Assembly: GCA_023515795.1 (NCBI GenBank)
Contig: JALGPX010000005.1
Span: forward strand, 124,001-188,000
Reading direction: 5' to 3'
Source of the DNA: Amoeboaphelidium occidentale
Taxonomy: Eukaryota
Length of the DNA: 64,000 nucleotides
Made by a program: the position numbers and the translations under genes. Within the stretch, counting starts at the first letter, position 1. Every line of letters starts with the position of its first letter. Of this stretch, positions 1 through 16,007 are shown piece after piece. The notes beneath the pieces were generated by a model. The model saw only the letters and a list, made by a program, of their open reading frames with translations. It made no database searches and was not told where the DNA came from.

Positions 1-1693
<1,693 letters not shown>

Positions 1694-1853
1694 TAACTTG
1701 ATATACAGAGCCGAAAGATAGCGGGCCCAATGATAAACTTGCGATCAAGTTGAAACAGTTTGCGAAATTCTGTCCAAGTCAGCATGGCAACCATTCGAAC
1801 GATCTGCCATGGGAGAACATCCGAAGCATCAATTATTTTCTATTAATTGCCAT

Positions 1854-3726
1854 TTAGATCAGTGAGCCGTACGACTTATTTTGAGGCTGTTGATACATCG
1901 ACTGGTTCATGTTCTTCGCGCCGCCTTGCCCGAATGACTGATTTTGTACCTGGCCAAAAGGATTAGCGCCAGTTTGTAGCATGTTCTGATTTGAAGCTGG
2001 CGCAACAGCATAATTTCCCTGTTGAGCAAAAGTTGCAGCTCCATATGTTTGTTGATGACTTTGATATTGCTGAAAGCTTTGAAATGAAGCATTAGATGCA
2101 TTCTGAGACTGAGGAATCGCTGCTAATTGCGGAGTAGCAAATAAGGATTGTTGCTGGGGTTGACCGAATGGATTGAGTTGTCTAGCATTACCCGAATCAT
2201 TGTTGTAATGAGACGGCAAAGTCGGTTGAGAATATGACCCTTGAGGAAGCTGTTGTTGATAAAATCCAGAGGATGAGGAGAATGTAGCTTGTTGACTAAA
2301 CGACTGGGCAGGCGGTGCACTCATTTGGCTTGCCTGTCTGGCTAGTTGTTGGGGTTGCTGAGGCTGTTGCTGCGCGTCAAAAACAACCATCTGGTTGGGA
2401 AAACCATCTAAACTCGAAACGCTCGTAGTGCTTGCGTTCTGCTTCGAATACACAACTGGTGCAGTAATGGGAGGATTCTGGAAAGTATCTAGAGAGGAAA
2501 ACACATCTACAAGTTGATTTTGCGTAGGCTTTGTTTGCGCAGGAGCAGAACGATTGTCATTAGGGCGAGGATTATTCAACGCACTTGAACTAGATGCCAT
2601 TTGTTTTGATGCTGCATATGCGCTTCTCTGTGCTTCAAAATCTGGTGACTGAATGTAGTCTTCCAAGCTCTTGGCCAATGATAATGGCGCCTAAAAGATC
2701 ACCAATAAAGTTGCGAGCAATTACGTGCTTAATTTCAGGAACATCAATTCCAAGGCCATAGCGAACTCTTCTGGCAACATCAAAGAACTCCATAGTCTTT
2801 TCGGTTAGAGACACAAAGACCTTATACAAGTCCAAAGCTCTCGTAGCATCAGACCTACTCAGCCCGAAAAATTGTTCTAAAACAATTAAACAGTTAAGAG
2901 TAGATGTTACGTAGAACGACTATAACAGCCTGATTTAAACAAGTGAAAAGTCTCATCAGTTCTTTAACCAAAAGTTTCATAGATTCTGTTGTGACATCAT
3001 TGTTGATCGAGTCGGTATAGTACTTGCAATCCAGCAACGTCTTTATAAGCCTTTGAATAACTTTGGTTTCGCTTTCCAAACCGTTCTGCCATTTCAGTGA
3101 CGACAAATGTTTCATGTAAGCAGCTCCATCGCGAAACAAGTCTATGCTGATATCCCGGTATGATACCACCCTTTCCTCAAGATATGCAGCATACGCCTTA
3201 ATGTTCTTTGACTGGTCCATTCCTATATGGTTTAGTTCCGCTCATAGAGAGATTCAACCTTGTCCGCCTGATCCGCTGTCTCGATAGTGCGTCATATTGA
3301 ATATGCCAGGATGAGAGCTCAAGTAACCCATGACCCTCTCAGCATTGCCTTCCAAAATCAGATAGTGCAAAACCAGTAGGGCTTTGAATGCAACCTTAAG
3401 GTTAACCACAAAAGTGCAAGATTGCCTTACCTGCCATGTTTGAACTTGTAGTCTGCCCTGTAGGGTTTTGAATAGGTCGATAAGATTTATACTCCTGTCG
3501 ACAGTAGCTGACAGAATGACTATGGAATTACATATATGAACGCAGGAGGATGAGAGTTACTTTGAACATGCTTTTGCTTTGGAACCACAATATCCCTGTT
3601 GGTTGCCTTTACAATTGATCGTTCAACATCAGTAAAGTACACCATGGCCAAAGTGGCCTTCTCTTTAATGGTTCCAAGCATCTCATTGGCTGCTACAGAT
3701 GCATTTGTGGAAGTCGAATAACTCAT
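1854..3726 (-). CDS. ANTH-domain clathrin adaptor (AP180/PICALM/YAP180-like), multi-exon
   Basis: KATN..VVPKQKHV, VAFKALLVLHYL, YAAYLEERV across short exons; Gln/Ser-rich tail with NPF motifs. Confidence 0.88.
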
Positions 3727-3765
3727 GTCACGGCTCTAAAAATATGACAACGATTAAGCAACGCT

Positions 3766-4917
3766 CTATTCAACATCTTGGGACAGGGCCAACAGATTTT
3801 GAGGAGGTACTAATGGGTAGTTTATCTGATCTTCAACCAAATCGAAAATGACTTTCCGCAGCTTGTTGTACCTTGGATCTGGAAACTCTTCAGAGAACCA
3901 TGTTTCTGTGAGTTCGAACATACCGGGTTCATTTAAGGTGATTACTGTTTGTTCACTTATTCTGTCAATCTTGGCAACTGAAATTGAGGGTTTTCCTGTT
4001 CGTACGTCTTCTACTTTAAGCTTGGTGGATGGCACCACAACACGCGCTCCTGTTTGATTTCCATTTGAGACACTTTCATTAGCGTTCTTTGGCGTGTCCT
4101 GCGCCGGAATATCAAGACTTTGCACAATTTGAGTGAGCGAGTTGATAGAAGCCTCGAATTCATCTAGTTGCCCAGTTATATCATTGTCTACCTTTATAGC
4201 TGGCGCTGTTATCGTTTCAACTAAATTCTTAATAGATTCCGAAAATTCAATATACCTTTTAAAGAATTCGCACGAGATTCCGGAACGCTGGCTAAAGCAG
4301 GTCTCTGTAAGACGTTTGATACTGCTCTTGTTCTTGAATTCGGCTCTTCAACCTTTTGGGCCGTATCAACGCTCGTGGTCTGGACATCCACCGGCTTGGA
4401 TGAGAATGGGGATATAGGAACAGACTTTCTTAGTTCATTCGCAGCACTATTTGTCTTAACAATGTCCATATCTGTGGCTTTCTGAAGTGATTTGATTAAG
4501 TTGTCCACCTCTGACGAGCTTGATCCTGATGATTTACCCGAAGCAGAGCTTTTGTCTGAGCTTAGAACTTGTGGAAATACTTTAGCCTTGATGTTCGAGT
4601 TCTGAGCATTGTTGATACCAGACTGTTGAGTATTGAGAGCAGAATTGGAAGTTGTGATATATGATCCCGAAACAGAAGCATTAGATCCTGATGACGGCTG
4701 AACGATCTAAATATGTTATGGCCTTTGTTGTACTTCTCATACTGGAGCAGGTTTTTGCAGAGGATTCTGCTTAGGTTGATTTGCTGGTGCAGCATTAATA
4801 GAGCCCTGATTAATCAGCTGATCTTCATCAATAGAGAATTACATTCTTTGAGCCTTTAGGGTCTTCTGCTGGAGCCTTAGCCTTGCTATCAGCTTTTGAT
4901 GAAGAAAATAGAGGCAT
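3766..4917 (-). CDS. Hypothetical low-complexity protein, multi-exon
   Basis: ATG at 4917 (MPLFSSSK...). Successive minus-strand frames are joinable by short GT-AG introns; Ser/Asn-rich with a more ordered C-terminus. No family recognised. Confidence 0.5.
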
Positions 4918-5052
4918 TCGCTACAATATCTTGGTTCCAGTCACTTGGCTGAAACGAGACCTATTTTGGTCAACATGGTTTCTATCGAATGAGAAGTAAC
5001 AACTTTACTTAGTACTTGAACCTTATCTTTAGCATCTGATACAGCAAATAGA

Positions 5053-8000
5053 ATGGATTCTGAAATACCGTTAAAGACTGAGAGTAATCATGGGATATCA
5101 AATGATCATAAGGGTTCAGACAATGTGCAGTTCAAAAGCATGGAAAAGATCTTTACTCCGAGCAAGACTAGTTCAAAGCACGTTGAGAGAGAAAGGCTTA
5201 GTTTATCAATACCTTTACGCAGTGAATATCATGGAGGCATGAAAAGTCCTCTAGAAGGCGCTCTATCACCGATAGCTCCGATGGATATTGGAAAGTTCAT
5301 AAAAAGTCACTCATTGTTCTCAAACGCAAGCGAAGACTTTATAACAGATCTTGTGAGGAAGATGCATTTTAGAAATTATCCACCTGGAGATCTTATTGTG
5401 AGGGAGGGAGAAATAGGGAAGGCGATGTTTCTGATCATCAAAGGATTCGTTACAGTATCATCTAAGGACGGCGAAAGTATTTTTGCGGATTTGGGACCAG
5501 GAAACTTCTTTGGAGGTAAGATTTAGGATCATGATTTAATCTTCAGAAATCGGCGTATTGTTCGAGGTGCCAAGAACTGCGAATGTGGTTGCAAAGACGA
5601 AGTGTTTTATTGCTGCGTTAAGAATCAATGAGATGAATGAAATCATGCAGCATTATCCGGAAATCGCTGATGAAATAAGGATTGAAGCTGATGATCGCTA
5701 CCAAGTACTGCTTAAAAAGGGAAAAGTATCACAGAGTCCAATTTTTTCCTTTACGACTGTGAAGGTTCGCGATATATCAAAAAACTTATCATTCTTAGGT
5801 TCCTGAGTTTCAATTATGCACAAGCGAGGCATATGAATGGATTAAATTACGAGCAGATCAACGCCATTTCAAAAAGGGCCACCAGATTATAAAAAAGCAC
5901 GATGTGAATTACGATCTTTTCGTTCTTAAGAGCGGGGTTGTCCGCATCGAAGTGGATACTGAAAAAACTTTTGAAATACTGGATAAAGAGGGAATGTTCT
6001 TTGGCGAAGTTGCGGCCGTTGAAAAGGTCCCAAGACTAGAAAACGTTTATGCAGATACAGATGTTGACCTCTACGCCTTGAACTCTGCGTTATTCTTTGG
6101 ATTTTTGAAAAAGTTTCCTTTGATGGGGGAAAGAACTAAGAGGGCATCCAACAGAGTTCAAAATTTTATTCGGCTAAAAGAGGCTAAACAGGTAGGAAAT
6201 TTGTCGTCTAGATTGATTTTTAGCATAAAAAACAGCACACACCTCAGCCACCCTCTACTATACCGTCGCCGCTTTCTGCTATCTTAACCCCTGATACACA
6301 AGAGGGCAATGGACCAAATGATCAGTTTTCTGGACCTCAAAGGCGCTCTACTCTTCCAGTTTACCCCACTACTGTAGATATCCCGCGAAAGAGCGACCAT
6401 CCCGTAGAAAGAACTTTTACGTTTCCGCTAATTGAAACTAACAGTATCATGCTATCCCCTAAAAGCGGCTCCTCCTCAAATTTTTATCTGCAAAGTGCTG
6501 CGCCTTTGGTTACGTCTGCGTCAAGATCGATCTCTGTTCTCTCATCGAAGCAACCTCTGGAAGGATTGAAAACCGGATCTTCAAGTAGTATTGGGATGTC
6601 TTTTGATTCTTTACTTGGACAATACAGCCCAACAAGAGGCTCTCTAGAAATGAAAGCCGAAAAAACAAGATCAACTTCTTCCTTGAGTACAGTGGGAAGT
6701 GAGAATCATAATGAAACTAAATCTTCGAAAGGATCCAAAGACAGAGTCGGAACAGCTTCCTCTAAAGCCAGCTCAATTGCGCTTGCAGATAATAGCCGCC
6801 AAACTCCCGAGTTGACCATAAAGGAACCTATGCCAGAGAGTCCTGAGATCGGCACAATGGAAGATCGACACGAGAACGCCGAGGATGATGCCTTTTCCGA
6901 TGAATATGAAACTGAGGATAGTGAAAACTCTCAAGAATCAGCCACCTCTGAAGATATGGAGATGGAAATTGAAGATGTTGCACTCCCGATGAGAAAACCG
7001 GTAAACACTTTTAGTAAGGCTATTATACAAAGTATGAACAATGATCCAAAAAAGAGGAGAGCGAGCATTGCAGTCTGGGCTGACTCTAAACTCTCCGAAT
7101 TAGCCTCTCAGAATGCTAGCAAATCTTTCAAGGTGTCTGAAACACCAACTACGGCGCCATCCAGATTCCAAGTTGTTGCGACTACATCAATAAGCAAAGA
7201 TTTCTCTAGCGAAGAGTTATTGACGAATGGACCTGAAGATTGCCTAATGAATCCAAGAATCCTTGAAAGAATATTTTCTTACCTTTCCTTCAAAACTTTA
7301 TGGATCATCCGAAGAGTCAATACAGTCTGGCATAAAACTATTCAATCTTCTGCAGATTTAATAAGATTTGTTGATTTATCAGAAGAACACGGTAAAACCG
7401 TTGATGACAAAGTATTGGGAAATATCGCATTGTTCCTGGGCTCTAATGTTGAAATTCTTATTCTAAAAAACTGCTGGAAGCTTACATCTGCTGGTTTACG
7501 AGAACTGGCAGCTTATAACCCAAACTTACAAGTTTTAGATTTGAGTGGGTGTTGGGATATCACTGATGCTGGTTTAAATTCGCTTTCATTAGGATGCAGA
7601 AGAATCAAATGCTTGGATCTCTCCAACTGTAGGAAAGTTACAGATTCAGGGCTATATAATCTTCTGGCGACTTCTCAAAACTTGCTAGATATTCACCTGT
7701 CGTATTGTAAAGCTCTATCCGATACGTCTTTGGCTTCGATATCAACCATGTGCACAAACATAAGACGGTTGAATCTGCAAAGATGCCTTGGGATTACAGA
7801 TGTGGGCTATGCTACTTTTGGAACCATGCTGCATAACAAGCTACATGAACTTCAAATATCAGATTGCAGCTTCTTGACTGACAGTGCAATGAAACACATC
7901 TCTGAATCATGTCCAAATCTGAAAGTATTGAACATATCATTCTGCTGCGCTCTATCGGAAGTATCAATACAATATTTGACGCATGGCTGTCCTAAAATGA

Positions 8001-8326
8001 AAGCTTTTGACGCTTCGTTTTGCGGAAATGCCATTTCAGACGAAACCATTTCGATAATAGCTACTAATTGGAAAGATCTAGAGAAGCTCAGTGTTAGAGG
8101 ATGTGTAAGAATAGGAAATGTGGCCGTTCAGTATCTTGTTGATAACTGCAGAAGCCTTAAAATGCTAAATATCAGCAGTTGTAAGAACGTATCCGACAAC
8201 ATACTAGCACAAATTCCTAAAGAATGGACGCTTCTGAGCGCCCAAACTCCGCTGATAGAGAGTTCCGGAATTGGAAATGGTGATGTAACAGGAAGCTCAC
8301 ACATCAGACGATTTACTGCTCCTTAG
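5053..8326 (+). CDS. Cyclic-nucleotide-binding domain / F-box / leucine-rich-repeat protein, multi-exon
   Basis: Two cNMP-binding domains (FFGEIGVL..VPRTANV after the 31-nt intron 5516-5546; FFGEVA); F-box-like (ILERIFSYL..RRVNTVW); about 10 cysteine-containing LRRs (LDLSGCWDITD). Confidence 0.88.
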
Positions 8327-8335
8327 AAAATAGAT

Positions 8336-9089
8336 TTATGCAAACAACTTTTCTTGAATGTCACTCTCTGACACAGCAGATATAACCTGTTTCGTCTCGT
8401 TTAACAGATCATCAGCAATACAACTGACATCTCGATTAGCATCGACCATTTTCCATTTACCGCTGGCATCATTCTTGATCAACTTGTGAAACAACTCCCG
8501 CACTTTCATTTGGAACTCTAACCTTTCGTAACGCTCTTCGCCAAAACCTCCCCTCTTTGATATTTCTTCTGGCGGGAGGTCCATAAAGAAAACACGATCT
8601 GGCAGAATCAAACCAGTGTCGCAGCCTTTGCACCATGCTTCGTCTAGGCCCTTTGCCATATTAACACTTCATAGAACAATTGCAATATACCTTCGCTACG
8701 GAGAATACGACGCCCGAATAAGCGTACCGGTCAACAATAAGGGTGTATCCCTTCTGAAGAAGTTCTCGCAAAGCTTTCCTAAATCTTCTTAGCTACCCGG
8801 CTAAAATATTACATGGCTTCCCAACGATTTGCTGAAAACATTAAATGGATAACATGATCATCCAAGTCCGACTTCTGAGTTAAGTAATCATTAATGGCAT
8901 TTCCTATTTTCGTTGTCCTGTCTGCGATTTTAGCGGCTAAGCGCAACCAGAATTACCGGGAAACTTTATATATTTTGCAGGTATTCCAGAGGCCTCAAGA
9001 TTTTCAACTAGTTTTTGGCATTGCGTAGATTTTCCAGCTCTGTCGCAGCCTTCTAAAACTACAAATGCTCCTCGGGTTGAAACGGTCAT
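8336..9089 (-). CDS. CDC8: Thymidylate kinase, multi-exon
   Basis: N-terminus [18 protein letters not shown] (P-loop), [19 protein letters not shown]. Confidence 0.93.
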
Positions 9090-9125
9090 TTCACAAAATA
9101 AAAGCTGGACTGTGACAGCGGTTTA

Positions 9126-11343
9126 TTACTCTTCGTCGTCCTCTGACTCACTCGTGCTCCATTCTTCCTGTTCTGGTGGTGGTCTTCCTGCTCCTCCCAT
9201 CACAGGCATGTTCGTTGCAATCTGAATCTCGCGACCTATTCTCTCTTCCTCTTCATAATCTTCCCACAAAGTTTGTTGTTCCTTCAGTCTTCTTGCCTCT
9301 TCTGCTTTATCTACATCTACAACTTTAAGCTTGACTTCTTGCCGAGTTTCGACACCAACATACGCATCACATTTAACAATCACATCGAACGTATAAGTTC
9401 CAGTTTGAGGTGGGGCCTGGAATTGAAGTTTGGCTGTTCGTGTACCACTTCTCTTTCCATCTAAACTTGTAGGAACAAGCTTGTTGATGACCATAGGAGG
9501 CCCAATGCTTCTCTTGTTCCTGGTGTTGCAGAGCCACACATAGTAACAAGGACGAACAAGATTGTCTTCCTCAGGTTCAAACTGTGGGTAGTATGGACAA
9601 TGCACAGGTATGTTTGGATTCTTCCAATATGTACCGCTCAACAATTTAGTAAGCTTCTGTGATCTCTTCTTTGGTGCATCGCTCTTCTCGTTGCCTTCAT
9701 CATCATCCTCATCGTCGTCATCTTCTTCATGATCTCCATTCTGCAATTCGGCTTTGTTTATGGTATCACCGTATGACTGGCCTTCATCAGAATAATCAAA
9801 AGCCTTTAGTTTGAGAACAAAAGTAACCAAGCTTTCTGGTGTAATTCGATCTTCTCCCTTTACTTCAAATGCCGCATTTTCGATAGTCACTTTAGGAATG
9901 ACCCTAGCCACTTTAAAAGCTTCATTGATTTCCTTATCCGTCATGTTAATGGAAGAAAGCAGCTCTGTCCTTTCTTGAAGAGGAATTTCCATCAAATTAT
10001 GAACGGATTTTAGTGCACGCTTCTTCATTTTCAGCTGCTTAATCCTTTCTGTATTGAAATGAGGAAGTTGATACAGCTCACTACTTTCAGCATGATTCCA
10101 TGCAGAAGGCACAGCTTGCAAAATCATTGCAGAAATGTCAACGCAAAACATTTGTTGATCCAACCAATGCTGAACAGATGCAACTTGAAGCAAACCCTTT
10201 CTCACTAGATGCCACATTTTCGGAATAATGTAATAAGAGTCTTCGATAAGATTAGGATCTTCAACCTTGACTCTAAAAAGATGCGCATAAAGTAAAACAA
10301 AAGCCTTGTGAACAAATGGAGCATTATACTAAAAAATCAATTTCATAATCCCAAAATAAGACGCAAACCTTCTTTGGCAATTCAATCTTTTCTCCAGTCT
10401 TTTCATAAACGACTCCTTGAACAACTTTAAAGAGATTCTGCACAGCCTGGACATCTTGATCACCCCTGAACTCAACTTCATCTTTAAACTCCAATGCAGT
10501 GCACAATAAGTCTAGCATTTTCTTGGCACTAAAGACCTCCTTTAATTCCTGCAAATAAACCCCCATGGTGTAATTCAAAATGCCATCTCTGCTGAACTTT
10601 TTGGAATGGCCCCACCACCTATAAAACTATTAAGAAACATATAGAGAAACAGTACTTATTGACATAGTAAGGCATCAGGCCACCAAATAGAAGAGCATAC
10701 ATTAACAGAACAATAGAGGAATTAGAAGGATCAACAATCCAAGTTGGTAATGCAATGCCAAAAGAGGTCGACTGTCTACCGTCAGGGTCGCCGTACTTTT
10801 CCCAATTTTCCCTGGTCGCATCATCAGTCAGAACTTTGTACGCTTTCGCAATTTTAACAAAGACGTCTTCAGCGCTCTGCTTCTCCTCCTCCGAAACTTT
10901 GTCAGGATGCCACTTCAACGAAAGCTTTCTGTACTGCTTCTTAATTTCATTCTCAGAAACACCAACGGAGAGCCCAAGAATTTCGTACGGGTCAAATTTC
11001 AGCTTTTCCTCCTGAACTTCCATCGACATGACTTGCATCAGAAGGAAAGCGAACAATGCCCAGCCAATTAACCACAAAACGAACAATTTAGAGACCCTCG
11101 GCTTCTTCAGAGTGCGCCTCGTCTTCTGCAGAGTCAATGCGTTCTTCTCATGGCATTTGTCACAGAATGCCTCCCTTTGAATTGCTACCAAGTTAAGTTT
11201 TAGCTGCGAAATTTACGTCTGTTCCACTCCTTCAGTACCAAAAAGTATTTGTAACTCAAGGGCAGAAGGAGTAATGACAAAATGCAGAGCAGAAAGACGT
11301 AAAAATAGTAACCGCTTGAGTCGTATTCGTATTTGAGGGACAT
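9126..11343 (-). CDS. SEC63: ER translocon subunit Sec63, multi-exon
   Basis: MSLKYEYDSSG N-terminus, TM segments, J-domain with HPD, YGDPDG..FGIALP, Sec63/Brl domain, acidic tail. Confidence 0.93.
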
Positions 11344-11490
11344 GCTTCTGATCGCAGCGAATAAGAAACCTTTTCGCTTGAGATTGAGAAATGTGATTGC
11401 GATCTTCCATTCTGATGCGATCCTCGCGACACTTCAAAGACTGTTTATTCTTTAATAAAGATGTGCGTATCTTAAATGGAAGTAGATGAT

Positions 11491-13038
11491 CTAACGAGTG
11501 ACTCCAAAATCAAGTTCGAACTCATCATCATCATCTGCTTGATCCAAAACTGTAACAACATCGTCAACTGTAGTAAGTTCAGTGAGAAAGCTTATCAAAT
11601 CTTTAAGTTCAGTGTCATTCGGATCATTGAACCAACTTGTAACTGGGACTGCATTATTCGGATGAAATAAATACGAAGCAGGAGAATTGTCCAGTATCAG
11701 AACGGATCTAGAAATTGTCAACGTAAACACATTGAGACGTACTTGATATCACGGCCCAGTTGGCTTAAATCTTTGACATAACTTCCTCGATGATTAAAAC
11801 AGCTCTCTCTAAATAGTCTGTGATGCACGACTCTTGTCTTATCCAGCTGATCAATTACGGGGTCAGCGTACTTTGATAGAGAAGCAGTAAATATCACAAT
11901 CTCATACAATGGGCCCATCGCGACAAGAAACTCATCAACAAACGGCCGCTTCAGCACAAAAACATTATGAACGGTATTTTCAATTTCTACTGGTATCACA
12001 AAATCAGAGTTTGCGACAGGCTAGAAAAATTTAGAACGCACTGATTATGAAACAAACCTTAAAAGAAGAGTGAACCAATGTTTCATCCAAATCTAAAACT
12101 AGACATTTCTTTCCTGTGAATTCAGGAGAAAGTGGTTTGAGAAGAAACTTTTCTGGAGAAGGCGGCTGTTGATGAGGATGCAAGAAGCTGTTTATAATCC
12201 CCTTCGAAAAGGAACTTGTTCTTTGATGCTTTTCATGTGACTGCAGTACCGGAGCGGGAGCTTGATTAGAGTCCTTCCTTTGACGCGAATCTGTTGAAGT
12301 AGATGAAGATGTCGATGATCTTGTGTGCTCTACAGGAACGGTAGATGCAGAGCTAACATCAGTTGTATCTACGCCACTAGGAGAAGTAGTAGTTAAACGA
12401 GGCACAGTAGGAGATGGCGTTGCTTCAGCACTCTGAAGTATAACTGCATTTCCTGATCCATCCTGACCCTTTGTCGCTGCAGCATCTGACTCGCTATTAG
12501 TGCCACAACACAGGAGCCTTGACAACATATCAAATATACCGTAACGCCTTATTTTCTGCTTACTCTGGGACTTGTTCTGATCAGAAGGAACAAATACTGC
12601 TTTAGAAGAACCATCAGCTCCTTGATCGGCAACTTGAGATGCTCTTTTACCAGCTACAGGAGCTTCTGGATTCCTGGGCATCAACTGATTAGTCGTGCCC
12701 ACAGAATTTTCTCGAGAATGCCCACCGCTAGACGCCACCCCAATGACTGCGTTATCTTCCTTGACTTCTAATACATCCCCGTGAGTTTGCTTCTGTTGCT
12801 CCAGCTCCTGTTCCTTTATCTTCTGCTTTCTAAGCTTTTCAATTCTCTTGCGATACTTCGCATAGCGATCTTTCTTTATAATCAAAGTAGTGTCGTCCAC
12901 TGGTTCGCTGCCCAAAGAATGGCCCTGTTGAACTTGCGTTACCAAAGAGTTTAGCCCTGATGATTGCGGATCTTGACCAGTCGATAGAGACGATGTAGAT
13001 CCTTCCTGCTGCTGCTGCTGCTGCTGTTGTTGTTGCAT
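11491..13038 (-). CDS. Small CTD/NIF-family phosphatase (Psr1/Psr2-like), multi-exon; an upstream in-frame ATG exists at 13161
   Basis: [49 protein letters not shown] palmitoylation-like motif; poly-Q N-terminus. Confidence 0.9.
13006..13035 (-). repeat. (CAG/CAA)n trinucleotide repeat encoding poly-Gln
   Basis: ctgctgctg...tgttgttg on + strand; ten Gln codons. Confidence 0.85.
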
Positions 13039-13292
13039 AGTTTCCTTATTCTTTAATAACTCTACTGAGATAATCTGTCCTTTTTGGTATTGTAAAGATG
13101 GATGAATTCTGTTCTTTTGTCTGCCTAATTGAATGGTGTCCCTGATTAAATTATTACTCATAAACTCAATGGAAAAAGTTTATGATTTCAGTGGCAGCGA
13201 TAACGCAGGAAGTATTGAAGGATTCTGGGGGAGGTTGGCGGCGGTCGAAGAAATCCCGTTTGATTTTCCGTTTGAAAAATTCCCTTTTGGTC

Positions 13293-13781
13293 ATGACGAC
13301 TTCCTTAAGCGCCAAAAAGTTTTCCTTTGCACGCAGCGGAAGCGAAAATGTCGAGATCTTATTAATTGAGCTTTCTAATAGAATTACGGTACTTGTTTCT
13401 GACCTGAATAAGGTTGGTTCGTTCTGTATTGTGAAACCTCAGAAGTTGCCATCTCCTCCGGCACCAGTACCATCATTAGTATCACCAACAGATTCAAGCT
13501 CGCTGTCCATTGAAAATGAGTTTCCGGTTTCGATAGTTCCATTGCTCGGTGCTTACACAGGTTCAGATATGTTTACAGTATTACAGTCTGCGCTTGCCTC
13601 GTTGCTATACAAGAGGTTTCGCGATATCAACTGGAGGGAAGAGAGAGAAATACTATTGGGGCTGTCCTTGAAAGATCCTATGGAATGGGATTATTCAAAA
13701 CTAAATGATTTGGTCAAGTCTATTCGGTTTAATGAACAGCAAGATCCGAATGATTTGGAAGCAACTGAAGCTGGTCGTTAA
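13293..13781 (+). CDS. Proteasome assembly chaperone 3 (PAC3/PSMG3)-like protein
   Basis: LSNRITVLVSDLNKVGS...PLLG...ILLGLSLK resembles the PAC3 pattern; start assigned to MTTSLS. Confidence 0.6.
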   Translation: MTTSLSAKKFSFARSGSENVEILLIELSNRITVLVSDLNKVGSFCIVKPQKLPSPPAPVPSLVSPTDSSSLSIENEFPVSIVPLLGAYTGSDMFTVLQSALASLLYKRFRDINWREEREILLGLSLKDPMEWDYSKLNDLVKSIRFNEQQDPNDLEATEAGR

Positions 13782-13796
13782 TAGACTGTATTTTTC

Positions 13797-14627
13797 TTAT
13801 TGGGGTGGAATGCTTTTGAATAAGAAGTCTCCGATATCCACGAATTCTTCTTCACATGCAGAGTGCACCATTCCGGGATAGGGTTTGAACTCCAGAGACT
13901 TAAATCCTTTTCTTTTAAGTAGCTCAAAGCTATCCTTGCCGTAAACATACTTAACTACTTGGTCACTTGTGCCGTGTGCCATTAGAACGGGTGTTTCCGT
14001 GACAGTTTGAGCTAGAGGTCTTCCCTCGACGTGTTGATGGTCTGGTAAGTATGATGATAATGCAACAGCAGCACCAAACTGAATACCATCAGTATTGGAA
14101 GCAGTTAGTGTATACAAAGTAATTGCGCCCCCTTGGCTGAAACCTCCTATTGCTATTCTGCTTGGTGCAATACCATTGTCGACTTCTGCCTTAACAAGTT
14201 CCATCACTGAAGCATTAGGGATATGAATACATTAAAAGATACATGATTTTCTAGTACGCTCCATCCCAGCGATATCTTCAACTATGTGTGACCTATTAGT
14301 TTTCTCTTCGACCTCAGCACCAATATCCATGTGCAGTATGTCATACCAAGCTGGCATCTTGTAGCCACCGTTAATAGTAACAGGCATAGCTGGTCTAAAT
14401 AGAAGTCGGCATTTAAATCAAAGATGGAAGTTTACGCGTTGGGGAATACGAACTTGAAGTAACCAAGCTTACGGGATAAATAGCGACCAAGATCCATCCA
14501 AGAATGTCCAGAGTCACCAAGACCTGAATTTAAATGTTATCGCTAGCAGAATTCATATGATACCATGGAGAAAGAACAATGTAGCAGTGTGCTTTTCAAT
14601 AGCTGGTACAACTTGGTTTGATAACAT
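13797..14627 (-). CDS. Acyl-protein thioesterase / lysophospholipase (LYPLA1/APT1-like), multi-exon
   Basis: HTATLFFLHG, NGGYKMPAWYD, GGFSQGG nucleophile elbow, HGTSD, MVHS. Confidence 0.92.
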
Positions 14628-14666
14628 CTTCGGAAGTTTCAATTCTCAAAAATCTATTCAAAGCAA

Positions 14667-16007
14667 TTAATTAAGTTCAACAAGCCCTATTCTGTGGTTA
14701 TCAAGATCCCACACTGAGTAGTAAAACTCGAGAAAAGACTCACCCAGTATGAGATTATTGTATTGTTCATCGTAAGAGAAAGTCGTCGCGCACATACCAT
14801 CTTCTTGAACATCCGTGTAGACAAACTGAGAAGGCTTCTGGATAAATTCATGCACTATGTCTTCAGAGCCACTGTTAATGCCAAACTTTATATCAGGCAA
14901 CTCAGAGATCTTTGCACATTCAACGACAATTATGCCTTTGTATAGTTGAAGCAGAGGAACTTTAGATACCAACGCTTTTGCAACAGCTGATGGGAAGATG
15001 ACATCGGTAGTACCAGTATCAAAGAAAGTCAAATCAATTTTTCGTGTTCTTACGGAGCCGCCGTAAACATCAGAATCATCCGTCGACACTTTTATATATG
15101 CCAAATCAACGCTCCAATACTTTGCGTCAATAACTTTCATAAACTTCACCTTTGAAAGATCTTCACCAGCATACTTAGGATCAATTGAACCTAAGCCTAT
15201 TTCTCCACGCAGTTCAGTCTTGTCGTGATTTTTCAGGTCGAGCTTTAGCAGAGGAGTGATCTTGTATGTAAACAAAATGTTATCAATGACACCAGCCTCC
15301 TTCATTTGGTACAAAGTGGGCTTCTGTCCACGCAAAGATAGCGAGTCGAAACTCAAGCCGAACAGTCCATCGAAATCAAAGTACGAGAAGGGTTCTTTTG
15401 ACAGACCAGTTGCCAAACCGAATTGTACATCTTTAGCAACAAGCTCATTGCCACTGTCAGTATCAAACAGATAGAAAGTGTCCTCGCCAAGTTTCATTTG
15501 CACTGAACCTGTTCCGTAGTGTAATTCCGAGGGTTTGTTTGATACCAACTTAGACGTGTTTGATTTCTCGAGATCATAAGGATTCGTAACCTGATTTGTA
15601 GCTGGGACAGGCGTAGAGTGCTTCTTATTATCGCAAGCTGATGATTTACAAAGCGATGAACGAACCCAAGTGGTGCTGCTTCCAGTGTCGAACAAGAACT
15701 TTACATATTGCTTTGGAGAACCAATAGCAACTACACCATACCAGTTATCGTTCATTCGCAATTCAGTTTGTATGTTATCATCACCAGGCGACGCTTGTTC
15801 TGATAGTAATAAATATGAAGACGTCCTTGAGCTCAAAATATTTGGAGCATTCTTGAATGCCAAAGGATTGCGCGGCCTAGCATCGTGATAAACACTAAAA
15901 GAGTTAGCCGACGGGTATTATATAGTATAAACATACTTCAATTTCAAGCTTAAAGCCAATAGGGGCAATAAAGCCCAAAATATCACCAAATTCTGGCACG
16001 ATGTCAT
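14667..16007 (-). CDS. Secreted pepsin-family (A1) aspartic protease
   Basis: Signal-peptide exon from ATG 16007; catalytic DTGSS and DTGTT; DGLFGL; ILGESFL. Confidence 0.92.
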
